From Planctomycetota bacterium (lineage in GTDB: Bacteria > Planctomycetota > UBA1135 > UBA2386), in contig OZ245006.1 in NCBI GenBank assembly GCA_965223545.1, forward strand, positions 1,024,001-1,088,000: 64,000 nt of DNA, given 5' to 3'. The notes beneath the pieces were generated by a model. The model was given only the letters and a program-made list of their open reading frames with translations, was not told the origin of the DNA and ran no database searches. Below, piece by piece: positions 1 through 9,049 of the stretch. Position numbers and translations under genes: made by a program. How positions within the stretch are numbered: the first letter of the stretch is position 1; the number at the start of each line of letters is the position of its first letter.

Positions 1-75
1 GGCGCGGATGCGCAACGGTGAAGCCTCTCGCATGGGTTTGTCGCCGACCGACCGGGCCTGGCTATAATGGGGCTG

Positions 76-2286
76 ATGCGAGTGTTGTCAAGTGTGACGC
101 TGGTGCTGAGCGCCAGCGCCGTCCCCGTCCCGGCACAGGCTCCGCGCCCAATCCAGCTCGACCTGGTGCCGATCCATACGCAGTCCACGGACCCCGTCTT
201 CGGTCGCTACGGAACGTGGGCGGCCGGGCCAAACTACAAGGTGAGCCTCGGCGCGGAGGTCTCGTTCTTCCCCGTGCTCGGCCGCGACGCTCCCCGCAAC
301 CTCCCAGTGCGCTGGCAGACCGAGGCGATCCGAGTCGGCGGGCGCCCTTGGGCCGACGCGTCGCCGACGGTCTCGACGTGGCACGACGACTGGCGCTTCG
401 AGCTCCGGCGCGGTGCAGTGACCGAGGCGTACGACGTCCGCAAAGAGGGAGTCGAGCAGACGTTCGTGCTGCACGAAGCCCCGGGTCCCGGCGCACTGCG
501 CATCGTCGGCCGTCTGACGACCGACCTGGATGCGCCTCCCCAGGCAGCCCGCCACGGAGCGCTGACCTTTGCCAACGACCTCGGGCAGGCCATCGTCGAT
601 TACGGTGCCGCCATCGCGTTCGACGCCACGGGGCGCTGGACGCCGTTGTCCACGGCCTGGGACGGCGAGCGCGTGACGCTCACACTGAGCGCTGCGTGGC
701 TCGCAGGCGCGACCTACCCCGTGGTCGTGGATCCGCTGCTAGCGTCGAAAGTGATCTCGTCGGGGGCCTACCCTGTCGTCTCCACCGCGACGGTGCGCAA
801 CGCGGCGACAGGCATCTCGCTGGTTGCCTTCAGCCGCGCGGTCTCGAGCCTCGACCACGACCTCTACATTCAGACTGCCGACGACGGCTACACGGGGTCG
901 TACCGGGTGCTCGCCGACCTCAGCTCGTCGTGGTCGTCCGGGTACGCGCAGTGTGCGTTCGCGGGCGGTGCCAACGCTTACGTCGTGGTGCACGAGCGCT
1001 CGTCCAGTACTGGCAGCGCGGTCATCGCCCACGTACTGGCGGAGACCAACCCGCGGGCTTACACTGTGCTTCCGGTGCCGACGCCACCCGGCGCGCGCGA
1101 CCGCGCCCCGTCAGTCGGAGGCAACACGAACTCATCGCGGCGCACCGCGGCACACGCCATCATCTCGTGGTCGCGAACCGACGCCGCTGGCGCCGTGCAG
1201 GTCTGGGCAGCCGGCCTCGATGCCCTGAACGGAACCCTGCGCGCACCCGTCGCGATCCGGCCGTCGCCCGGCGTCCAACTGGAGCCGTGCGTCAACCGGT
1301 GGAGCGACGGCTCCGGGCCTTGGCTCGTGGCCTGGATGGAGCGCAGCAATGCTCAGACTCCGTTCGTGATCTTTGCGCGGCAGGTGGACGGCAACGGCCT
1401 GCTCGGCTCCACCGTGTCGATCGGCGCGACGAGGAACCCCTCCGTACACCGCACCTACCCACTGGTGGCCGGTCAGGCCGGCCGCTACCTGTTCGCGTGG
1501 ACCGAGGCAACCAACGATGGCCCCGGCACTCCCAGCTTCGGCAACCACGTCGCCGTACAGAGAGTCGACTGGCCCGAGACCTTGGGCACGCGCCCGTCGC
1601 TCAAGGCCGAGCGAGGCATCGCGGCGTCGCCGACCGGTGGCACGCTTTGGCTGGGCAGCACGCGCGGAATCGCCTACAATCGTGACACGCAGTCCCACTG
1701 GACGCTCGCCTATCGCGACACCGTCGACGATGTGCGCGTCGTCCGCGTCGGTTACTCGGGCGGCGTGGTCGAGCGCTTTAACCTGGCTAACGCGTATGAC
1801 CCCGCCGTCGAGTACAATTCAACCAATCAAGAGTACCAGCTGGTCGCCGCCGGTACGGGCTACACCAACACGCTTCTGGGGCAGCGCTGGGTCAGGCCCA
1901 ACTCGAACGCGTTCCAGTACGGCACCGGCTGCGTCGGCAGCATCAATGCCAACAACCGCGGGCCAGTGGCGCTGCCCTTCGCCGGTTCGGAGTTCTTCTC
2001 GGTGGAGCTGCGAGGAGGGGCTCCCAACCAGCCTGCCGCGCTCTTCGTTGACAAAACCAGGGGCCGGGCCCGCCCTTGGACACTCAGCCCTGGGTGTACG
2101 GCGAACTTGTCGCTGGAAGGCATGATCCTTGCCGCCGCCGGCAGCGCGGACCCGTCGGGCGACTTCGTGGTCCCGATGCCGCTCCCCGACGCTCCTGTGG
2201 TGACGGGTGGTGTGTCCTGGCAGTTCTTGCAGCTGGTCTCGGGCCAGATTCGCTCGACCAGAGCTCTGTACACGTTCGTGCATTGA
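76..2286 (+). CDS. Large secreted protein of unknown function with shared C-terminal domain
   Basis: Signal peptide (MRVLSSVTLVLSASAVPVPAQ), beta-rich repeats, C-terminal YGTGC...GDFVVPMPLP...SWQ domain; start could be 67 or 76. Confidence 0.7.
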   Translation: MRVLSSVTLVLSASAVPVPAQAPRPIQLDLVPIHTQSTDPVFGRYGTWAAGPNYKVSLGAEVSFFPVLGRDAPRNLPVRWQTEAIRVGGRPWADASPTVSTWHDDWRFELRRGAVTEAYDVRKEGVEQTFVLHEAPGPGALRIVGRLTTDLDAPPQAARHGALTFANDLGQAIVDYGAAIAFDATGRWTPLSTAWDGERVTLTLSAAWLAGATYPVVVDPLLASKVISSGAYPVVSTATVRNAATGISLVAFSRAVSSLDHDLYIQTADDGYTGSYRVLADLSSSWSSGYAQCAFAGGANAYVVVHERSSSTGSAVIAHVLAETNPRAYTVLPVPTPPGARDRAPSVGGNTNSSRRTAAHAIISWSRTDAAGAVQVWAAGLDALNGTLRAPVAIRPSPGVQLEPCVNRWSDGSGPWLVAWMERSNAQTPFVIFARQVDGNGLLGSTVSIGATRNPSVHRTYPLVAGQAGRYLFAWTEATNDGPGTPSFGNHVAVQRVDWPETLGTRPSLKAERGIAASPTGGTLWLGSTRGIAYNRDTQSHWTLAYRDTVDDVRVVRVGYSGGVVERFNLANAYDPAVEYNSTNQEYQLVAAGTGYTNTLLGQRWVRPNSNAFQYGTGCVGSINANNRGPVALPFAGSEFFSVELRGGAPNQPAALFVDKTRGRARPWTLSPGCTANLSLEGMILAAAGSADPSGDFVVPMPLPDAPVVTGGVSWQFLQLVSGQIRSTRALYTFVH

Positions 2287-2310
2287 CAGCGCGGTAGAGT
2301 TTCGGCCCGC

Positions 2311-3471
2311 ATGACCGCCGTCACTCTGCCAAAGGGCTTTCGCACCGCGGCGACCGCCGCCGGCATCAAGGCCGCGGGCCGCAGCCTCGATTTGGGCCTG
2401 TTGGTCGCCGACCACGCCGCGCCCGCCGCCGCGCTGTTCACCCGCAACGCGATGCTCGGCGCCCACATCCCGGTCTGCCGCGACCACCTGGCCCGCAGCG
2501 GCGGCGCGGTGCGCGCGGTGATCGTCAACTCCGGCTGCGCCAACTGCTCGACCGGGCAGCGCGGCCTCGACGACGCGCGGCGCACTGCCGCCGCGGTGGC
2601 CCGCGCTCTCGACTGCCCCGCCGAGCACGTGTTGCCGATCAGCACGGGTGCGATCGGCAGCCATCTGCCGATCGAACGCATCGAGGGCGCCGTGCCCGAG
2701 TTGGTCGCGGCCCTCGGCACGGACAGCATCGCCGCGTTCGCGCGCGCCATGATGACCACCGACACGCACCCCAAGCTGGCCAGCGCTCTGGCCACCGGTG
2801 CCCGCGTCACCGGCATCGCCAAGGGAGCAGGCATGATCCACCCCGACATGGCGACCATGCTCGGCTTCGTGCTCACCGACGCGGTGTTGGGCGACCTGGG
2901 CGACCCGCGCACCCTCGCCGACCAGTCCTTCCACCGGGTCACGATCGACGGAGACACCTCGCCCAACGACACCGTGCTGCTTTGGGGCACGGGGGGCGCC
3001 GGCGCAAGTGATCCCAGCGCGCGGCGCGCCGCGGCCATCGACGTCGCCAAGGATCTGGCCAAGCAGATCGCCGGCGATGGCGAAGGCGCAAGCCGCCTGG
3101 TCACGATCGCGGTGCACGGCGCGCCGAGCGAGGCAGAGGCCGTCCACGTCGGCCGCGTCATCGGCACCAGTCCCCTGACCAAGACCGCAATCGCCGGGCG
3201 CGATCCCAACTGGGGCCGTATCGTGGCCGCGGCCGGCCGGGCCGGCGTGCCGTTCGATCCCGACCGAGCGCGCGTCTGGATCGGCGCGACCACGGTGTTC
3301 GACGCGGGCGCGCCGCGGCCCGAGCGAGAGATCGCGGCAGCGCGCTATCTGCGCGACGAGCGCGAGGTCGAGCTCGGCATCGACCTCGCGGCGGGTGATG
3401 CGAAGGCGGAGGTTTGGACCTGCGACCTGACGGCGGAGTACGTGCGGATCAACGCAGACTACCGCACCTGA
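2311..3471 (+). CDS. argJ: Glutamate N-acetyltransferase / ornithine acetyltransferase ArgJ
   Basis: NSGCANCSTG, MMTTDT, KGAGMIHPDMATML (autocleavage site), DGDTSPND, DGEGA, DPNWGRI, CDLTAEYVRINADYRT. Confidence 0.96.
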   Translation: MTAVTLPKGFRTAATAAGIKAAGRSLDLGLLVADHAAPAAALFTRNAMLGAHIPVCRDHLARSGGAVRAVIVNSGCANCSTGQRGLDDARRTAAAVARALDCPAEHVLPISTGAIGSHLPIERIEGAVPELVAALGTDSIAAFARAMMTTDTHPKLASALATGARVTGIAKGAGMIHPDMATMLGFVLTDAVLGDLGDPRTLADQSFHRVTIDGDTSPNDTVLLWGTGGAGASDPSARRAAAIDVAKDLAKQIAGDGEGASRLVTIAVHGAPSEAEAVHVGRVIGTSPLTKTAIAGRDPNWGRIVAAAGRAGVPFDPDRARVWIGATTVFDAGAPRPEREIAAARYLRDEREVELGIDLAAGDAKAEVWTCDLTAEYVRINADYRT

Positions 3472-3552
3472 GGCTCGTCGCACGCGCCAGCCGATCACCC
3501 AAGTCAGCGGCGGCCGATTCAGTTGTCCCTATCCGTTCCGCGTGCGTCCCGT

Positions 3553-5055
3553 TCATTCTCGGGGAAGGGGCACGAAAAGTTGACGCGAGCTGCGCAAGAC
3601 GGCGAGCACCTCGCGATCGTCGACCGCGGCCGACAACTCCCGCCACAGCCGTAGCTGATGCTCCACCGCAAGCCGAACGCGCGCAGTGCGCAGCGTCTGC
3701 CACGGGCCACGCTCCAACGGTGTGGCGCGCGCGCCGAACAGCTCCGAGGGCAAGCCCTCGGCCCAAGCGGCCACCGCTCGCTCCGCCGCCGCGGGCAACG
3801 CGCCCACGCCTTCGACCATCAGCCGCAGGCGCGCGGTGACCTGCGCGCCGAACTCGGTGCAGCCTCCGGTCTCGACCGGGCTGATGAACGGGCGCCACAA
3901 GAACGCCCCGCCGAACACGTCGACGTCGTAGCCATTCCGACTCGCCGACGTCAGTGCCGCGCGCTGCGGTTGACCGAGCACCGCGAACAGCTCACGAAAA
4001 AACTGTGCTTGCCGTTCGGCCGATCTCTGTAGCCACTCGAGGGCCAGACCCCGGGTATCGCGCTCTTCCGTCCCGATGCCAGCGTGATAGGTGACGATCC
4101 GCTGCACGCTCGCGCGCTGTTCCGCATCGAGCGGTACCCCTGCAACAGTCAACAGGGCACTTGCCAGGTTGACGGCGATCGCGGGCACGGTCATCGCACC
4201 GTTCTCGCCCAATTTCGAGGACCGGGGGAGGACCGGCTGCAACAGACCGATGAGCACGCCCTCGTCCCGGTGCACTGCCGCCAACACCGACACGGTCGGT
4301 TGTTCTCCTGCGAGGACCGTGCGATGCGCCGAGTCGACGGCCGCCAGCATGGCGTGCAGTGTCTCCCCCACTGCTGGCCAATCGACGGCGTGCATGCGGA
4401 CATCGTTGGCCGGTGTCGAGAAGACGGGCACCGGTTCCGGTCGCGCTGCCGCAGGGACGTCGGGAACTTCCACCGAAGCTGTTCGAGTCTCGGAATGCGC
4501 GGGAGCCGCGAACTCGACCAGCGCCGCTTGCCACTCACCCATCGGATCCTCCTCCGGCGGCACACCCCCGGCACCGACGGCGATCAACGCACCACGCTTC
4601 ATCGGCGCTTCCGCATCGCCCGCGCGCAGTGTTCCCCGCACGACTTCCAGGCTCAACGTCGCCGGTTGCAACCAGAGCGGCGTGCGTCGTACGCGCAGTT
4701 CACTCGTCGCCTCCGCCTCGAACTCACTGCGGCCCAGAGAGAACTTGGCCCCCTCGTTGCCGGCCCGCAACCGGTCCCCAGGGGCCAAGCCCACGACCAC
4801 AGCTCCACCGGCGAACACGTACACCTCCTCGGCGATTACCAATCCGCGGTGCACGACAACCTCGACGTCGGCAACCAGAGGCACGGGATCGGTGGTACCG
4901 AGCCGCCAAACAAGCGCCGCTGCCGCGATCACCACCGCTGCGACCGCAACACCAAACAGCACCGGCCGCCGCGTGGCCCGCTTGGCCGGACGCCCTCCTT
5001 TGGCAAGAGCTTCGCTCAGCGCGATCTCCAGCAGCCGCTCGCGATCACCGCTCAA
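3553..5055 (-). CDS. Putative membrane-anchored anti-sigma factor (FecR-like region)
   Basis: TTG start after GGAGG, overlapping the ECF sigma stop; N-terminal ERLLEIALSE helix, single TM segment, FecR-like beta region. Confidence 0.6.
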   Translation of the reverse strand: MSGDRERLLEIALSEALAKGGRPAKRATRRPVLFGVAVAAVVIAAAALVWRLGTTDPVPLVADVEVVVHRGLVIAEEVYVFAGGAVVVGLAPGDRLRAGNEGAKFSLGRSEFEAEATSELRVRRTPLWLQPATLSLEVVRGTLRAGDAEAPMKRGALIAVGAGGVPPEEDPMGEWQAALVEFAAPAHSETRTASVEVPDVPAAARPEPVPVFSTPANDVRMHAVDWPAVGETLHAMLAAVDSAHRTVLAGEQPTVSVLAAVHRDEGVLIGLLQPVLPRSSKLGENGAMTVPAIAVNLASALLTVAGVPLDAEQRASVQRIVTYHAGIGTEERDTRGLALEWLQRSAERQAQFFRELFAVLGQPQRAALTSASRNGYDVDVFGGAFLWRPFISPVETGGCTEFGAQVTARLRLMVEGVGALPAAAERAVAAWAEGLPSELFGARATPLERGPWQTLRTARVRLAVEHQLRLWRELSAAVDDREVLAVLRSSRQLFVPLPRE

Positions 5056-5567
5056 CGGTGCAACCTCCGTTCGACACACGCGCGCAGCGCCATGCGCACA
5101 CGCCGCAAGAGGCTCTTGACGCCATCCTCGGTCATCCCCAACTCGTTGGCCATGGCCTGACGCGAAAGCCCCTCCACGTAGCGCAACTCGACCGCGCGGC
5201 GACTGCGTTCTTTGAGCTGGGCGACGCAGAGGCGCACAGCCGCCACGTAGGCTTCGCCGCCATCCGCTCCGCATTCTTCGACCCACACCCGCTCTGCCGC
5301 CTCGAGCTGCTCCGGCGTGCGGTCGCGCAACGCGTTGCGATACGCGTTGCGGGCGATCGTGCGCAGCCAAGCCCGACGAGCGCGGACGCCCGCGTCGCGG
5401 AAGCGCGCCCGCATCGCCCGCAGCAGCACGTCGTGGGTCAGGTCTTCGGCGCGTTGGGGGTCACAACCGAGAAACCGCAAGTAGCGCCAGACCTCCTGCC
5501 GGTGCGCGCAGACCCAACCCGATCGGATCACCGGAGCGTCGGGAGGCGAGATCGTGCGCGCAAACAT
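5052..5567 (-). CDS. ECF RNA polymerase sigma factor
   Basis: Region 2 (VWRYLRFLGCD..AEDLTHDV; WLRTIARN) and region 4 (ELRYVEGLS..MANELGMTEDGVKSLLRRVR). Confidence 0.9.
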   Translation of the reverse strand: MFARTISPPDAPVIRSGWVCAHRQEVWRYLRFLGCDPQRAEDLTHDVLLRAMRARFRDAGVRARRAWLRTIARNAYRNALRDRTPEQLEAAERVWVEECGADGGEAYVAAVRLCVAQLKERSRRAVELRYVEGLSRQAMANELGMTEDGVKSLLRRVRMALRACVERRLHR

Positions 5568-5632
5568 GTGCAAGGACGGGTCGGGCCGTGAACACTGTCG
5601 CCGTCCGATTTCCAATTCTGTCGACCGACCCC

Positions 5633-7630
5633 TCATCGCACCGCGGCGCGCGCCGCCTCGGCCATCTCCGTCCAGGACACGACCCGCAGTTCCGACGGCG
5701 CGAGGCGAAGGCTGCGCTCCAAAATCGCCTTGTGGCCACTGCCGACGATCACAAGGACACGCCCTCCCGGATGCTCCGCCGCAGCCTCGGCGATGCTCGC
5801 CGCCATGCGCAGGTTGCGCGCGCGCCAGAGACTCAGCCGCGCTAGGTCCAGGCCCGACGGCAATCGAGTGCGCAAGAAGAGGTCCCACTGCAGCCTCTCG
5901 TCTTCGGCCGCGTGGCCCTGTGCGTTGACACGCCTGTAGAACGGCAGCAAGTCGTCGCGCTCCACCGCCGACTCCAGCGCAGCCTTGGCATCGTCGAAGA
6001 ACGAGCTGCGCCGCATTTCCGCGAGCGCCGGGTGCCCCTCGATCTGCTGCATCAATGGCCCTGCGATCGCGGCCAAGGAGAGCGAGCTGCGGTGTTCGTC
6101 GATCGGCCACAACCGAGACAACTGCAGGCGGCGCGCCAGCTCTACGCCCAGGCGAACGGTTTCGTTCGAGGAGCCGAGATAGGCGTTCAGCACTTCGACG
6201 GCGCGCTCCGGAAGAAGACGGTCGGCGACGCGGTCGGCGGCGGCGAGTCGGGACCACTCCAGAACGGCGGTCTCCAGCTCGTAGGCCGCCAGCAACAACC
6301 CCACCCTGGCGCGCCGTTCCCCGGTGGTGGCACCGTCCGCAAGCCGCGGCGATTGCTGCAACGAAGAGGACGCACTCGCCCACGTCTGCTCTCCCCGCTC
6401 TTGCGCCAGCCTCCCGACCTCCCGTTGGGTGGCCGCGAACGCGTCGACGACGGGCTGGCCGGACTCGCCCATCGCGATCAAGCTGGCGATCTCGTGGCTC
6501 GGCAGCGCTTCGACGCAGATCGCAGTCGGCGCCCACGCCTCGAGCAAGGCCAGCGTCGTGTCGAGATCGCCGGGCTCCAGGCGGTCGCGCAAGTAGCCGA
6601 GGTGCTGTGTGCCCATCACCAAGATCTCCGCTGGCACCGTCTCCTGCGACGACAGGTCGCCTCCCGTTCGGGTGCCACGGCGGAGCGCCGCGGCCAGCAG
6701 CCTGCGCGTCGCCTGCGGTCGGTCGATCCAAGGACAGTGGCCCGCGTGCGCAAGCACGGTGAAGTGAGCGCGCTCGAGCGCGCCGTAGGTGGCGCGCAAA
6801 CGCTCCGCTCCGAGGTCGACGAAGTCGTGGTCCCCGACAAGCACGGTGCAGCGGTCTTCGAGTGCGGCCAACGCCGGCCGGAAGTCGTAGTCCTCGGGCA
6901 TCGTGTCGCCAGCGGCCTTGCCTGCCGCAGCGTCGTAGAACACCTGACCACCACCGAGGCGGCGCCAACCCCGCACATCGGCGAGGTTGACTCCGGCAAA
7001 CCGCACTCGCCACGCGATGGTCCGTTGCCGCGCGGTCAGCCCGTCGCCATCCAGCCCGAGGCGCCGCAGCTCTTCATGCACGGCTTCGCGATCGGACAAC
7101 GCCCGTGCGCGACGTTGCATATCCTCTTCGGCAGCACCCTCGGCCGCGTTCTGCGGGGAGCACGGCAGAACCGGCGCGAGTAGAGTGAGGCTCCTGACCC
7201 GGTCCGGGTGGGCCTCCAGGTAGCACATCGCCAGCATCGAGCCCATCGAGTGCGCAAACAGGTCGAGCTGCTCCAGGCCGAGAGCGACGCGCAGTTGCTC
7301 CAGGTCGGCGACATGTTGCTCGACCGAGATCGATGCAACGGGGGCCGGCGACCGCAGCGAGCCTCGCTGGTCGTAGTGAACGAAGCGGAACTGGCCTTCG
7401 AGGCCGGCAACCGCGTCGACGAGGTAGCTGTGCTCGGCTCCCCAACCACCGTGCAGCACGACTACGGGGGGGCCTAGACCCTTCTCGCACACGAACAGCC
7501 GCGCCGCTCCGTCGGTCGTCGGCAGATACCAGACCAGGGCATCGCCCACAGCCGCCGTCGGTATCGGTTGCGATGCGGCACTACCCAGCGTCAACGCTGC
7601 CGCCAGCACACGGCACATCGGAGTGTTCAT
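5633..7630 (-). CDS. Secreted alpha/beta hydrolase (proline iminopeptidase-like) fused to DUF5694-like domain
   Basis: LHGGWG, YDQRG, AHSMGS nucleophile elbow, GDHD, AGH; second domain ILVMGTQHL...WRARNLRM...RVLVIVGSGHK. Confidence 0.75.
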   Translation of the reverse strand: MNTPMCRVLAAALTLGSAASQPIPTAAVGDALVWYLPTTDGAARLFVCEKGLGPPVVVLHGGWGAEHSYLVDAVAGLEGQFRFVHYDQRGSLRSPAPVASISVEQHVADLEQLRVALGLEQLDLFAHSMGSMLAMCYLEAHPDRVRSLTLLAPVLPCSPQNAAEGAAEEDMQRRARALSDREAVHEELRRLGLDGDGLTARQRTIAWRVRFAGVNLADVRGWRRLGGGQVFYDAAAGKAAGDTMPEDYDFRPALAALEDRCTVLVGDHDFVDLGAERLRATYGALERAHFTVLAHAGHCPWIDRPQATRRLLAAALRRGTRTGGDLSSQETVPAEILVMGTQHLGYLRDRLEPGDLDTTLALLEAWAPTAICVEALPSHEIASLIAMGESGQPVVDAFAATQREVGRLAQERGEQTWASASSSLQQSPRLADGATTGERRARVGLLLAAYELETAVLEWSRLAAADRVADRLLPERAVEVLNAYLGSSNETVRLGVELARRLQLSRLWPIDEHRSSLSLAAIAGPLMQQIEGHPALAEMRRSSFFDDAKAALESAVERDDLLPFYRRVNAQGHAAEDERLQWDLFLRTRLPSGLDLARLSLWRARNLRMAASIAEAAAEHPGGRVLVIVGSGHKAILERSLRLAPSELRVVSWTEMAEAARAAVR

Positions 7631-7810
7631 GACAGGTTGAACACCTGGGGTGGGCGCGGGGGGTGCGCCAAAAACGAGTTCTTCGGCCGGGACGGCTCGG
7701 TCGGTGCTTGCAACGGGGCGGAAACGCCGGCACATCCGCCCCCGCGGGTGGATGACACCCGAGTCGAACGTGTAGCCTCTGCCGCCGGCCCGACGCCCCA
7801 TTCACTCTCC

Positions 7811-9049
7811 ATGCAGCGCGAATCCTTCCTGTCCGACAACTGCCCCCCGATGGGCATCTACGAGACCCTCTACGCCTTCCGCGACAGCTTCGGGCAGTTC
7901 ATGGGAACCGAGGGTACGCACCCCTGGTCACAGGGTTTCCCGCTGACCACCCAGCTCGAGAACGGGCCGCCACTGCCGAGCAGCGTCGAGGTGACGTGGG
8001 AGGACCGTTTCTACCCCAAGGCCTGGGGCCACCCGCGTCTGACCGAGGCAATCGCCACGCACTACAACAACTTTTACGGCTCCAAGATCACGCCCGAGAA
8101 CGTGATGGTGTTCGCCGGCGGGCGACCCGGAATCTTCGCGGTGCTCGCGTTCTTGAAGCGTCACGTCGAGGTCCGGATCGGCAACGCCGAGTGGCCGGCC
8201 TACCTCGACATCATGACGCAGACCGACACGAGTTGGCGCGTGGTGCCGTTCACCGAAGAGAACGGCTTCCACCCGCCGAACGCGGCCTACTTCGACCGCG
8301 GTGGGCTCAACGACAAGACGCACGTGATGCCGATCATCTCCAACCCGGGCAACCCCACGGGCCATACGCGCGCGGGAGCGGAACTCGAGGAGCTGATCGC
8401 GATGGCCGAGCAGCCGAAGTGCGGCATCCTGCTCGACGAGGCCTACGAGATGTACCACCACTCGAAGGGGGTGAGTGGCATCCGCTACGTCAAAGACCTC
8501 GACAACAGCAACGTGTTCTTGGCGGGTGCGTGCACCAAGGGGTTGCAGTGTCCCGGCATTCGCATCGGCTGGATCATCGCTTCGAAGAAGAACGTCGAGA
8601 CGCTGGCCAACTTCTCTAGCTTCGGCATGGGCGGCGTGAGCCACCCCTCCCAGCTCTATGCGGTCGAGCTCCTCGAGCCGTCGCGCGTCGCGCAGGCGCG
8701 CGAGGCGGTGGACGCGCACTACGGCATGCAGCGCGCGCGCTACGGCGAGGCTTTCGCGAAGATGGGTCTCGGCGTCTACACCGGCGACGGCGGCTTCTAC
8801 CACTGGATGAAGCTGCCCGAGGGACTCAACGCCAGCGAGCTCAACCGCCGGCTGTTCCGACACGGCGCCGCCATCCTCGAGGGCATCGATTGCGACATGG
8901 CGCGACCGCATGCCAAGGACCCGGAATACGTTTCGCCCTACGAGTCCTGGTTCCGCTTCTCCTTCGGCCCCTTGCTCCCGGAGACGTTCGAGTCCGACGT
9001 CGCGCTCCTGGGTCGGGTGCTGGACGAGTACCGCGCCGACGTGGGGTAG
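7811..9049 (+). CDS. PLP-dependent aminotransferase, class I/II
   Basis: SNPGNPTG, LLDEAY, TKGLQCPGIRIGW (PLP lysine), RFSF. Confidence 0.9.
   Translation: MQRESFLSDNCPPMGIYETLYAFRDSFGQFMGTEGTHPWSQGFPLTTQLENGPPLPSSVEVTWEDRFYPKAWGHPRLTEAIATHYNNFYGSKITPENVMVFAGGRPGIFAVLAFLKRHVEVRIGNAEWPAYLDIMTQTDTSWRVVPFTEENGFHPPNAAYFDRGGLNDKTHVMPIISNPGNPTGHTRAGAELEELIAMAEQPKCGILLDEAYEMYHHSKGVSGIRYVKDLDNSNVFLAGACTKGLQCPGIRIGWIIASKKNVETLANFSSFGMGGVSHPSQLYAVELLEPSRVAQAREAVDAHYGMQRARYGEAFAKMGLGVYTGDGGFYHWMKLPEGLNASELNRRLFRHGAAILEGIDCDMARPHAKDPEYVSPYESWFRFSFGPLLPETFESDVALLGRVLDEYRADVG

Noticed and set aside
5052..7013. 653-aa ORF as a long sigma factor
   Set aside because: Sigma motifs are confined to the last 171 aa; the remainder overlaps the hydrolase in another frame.
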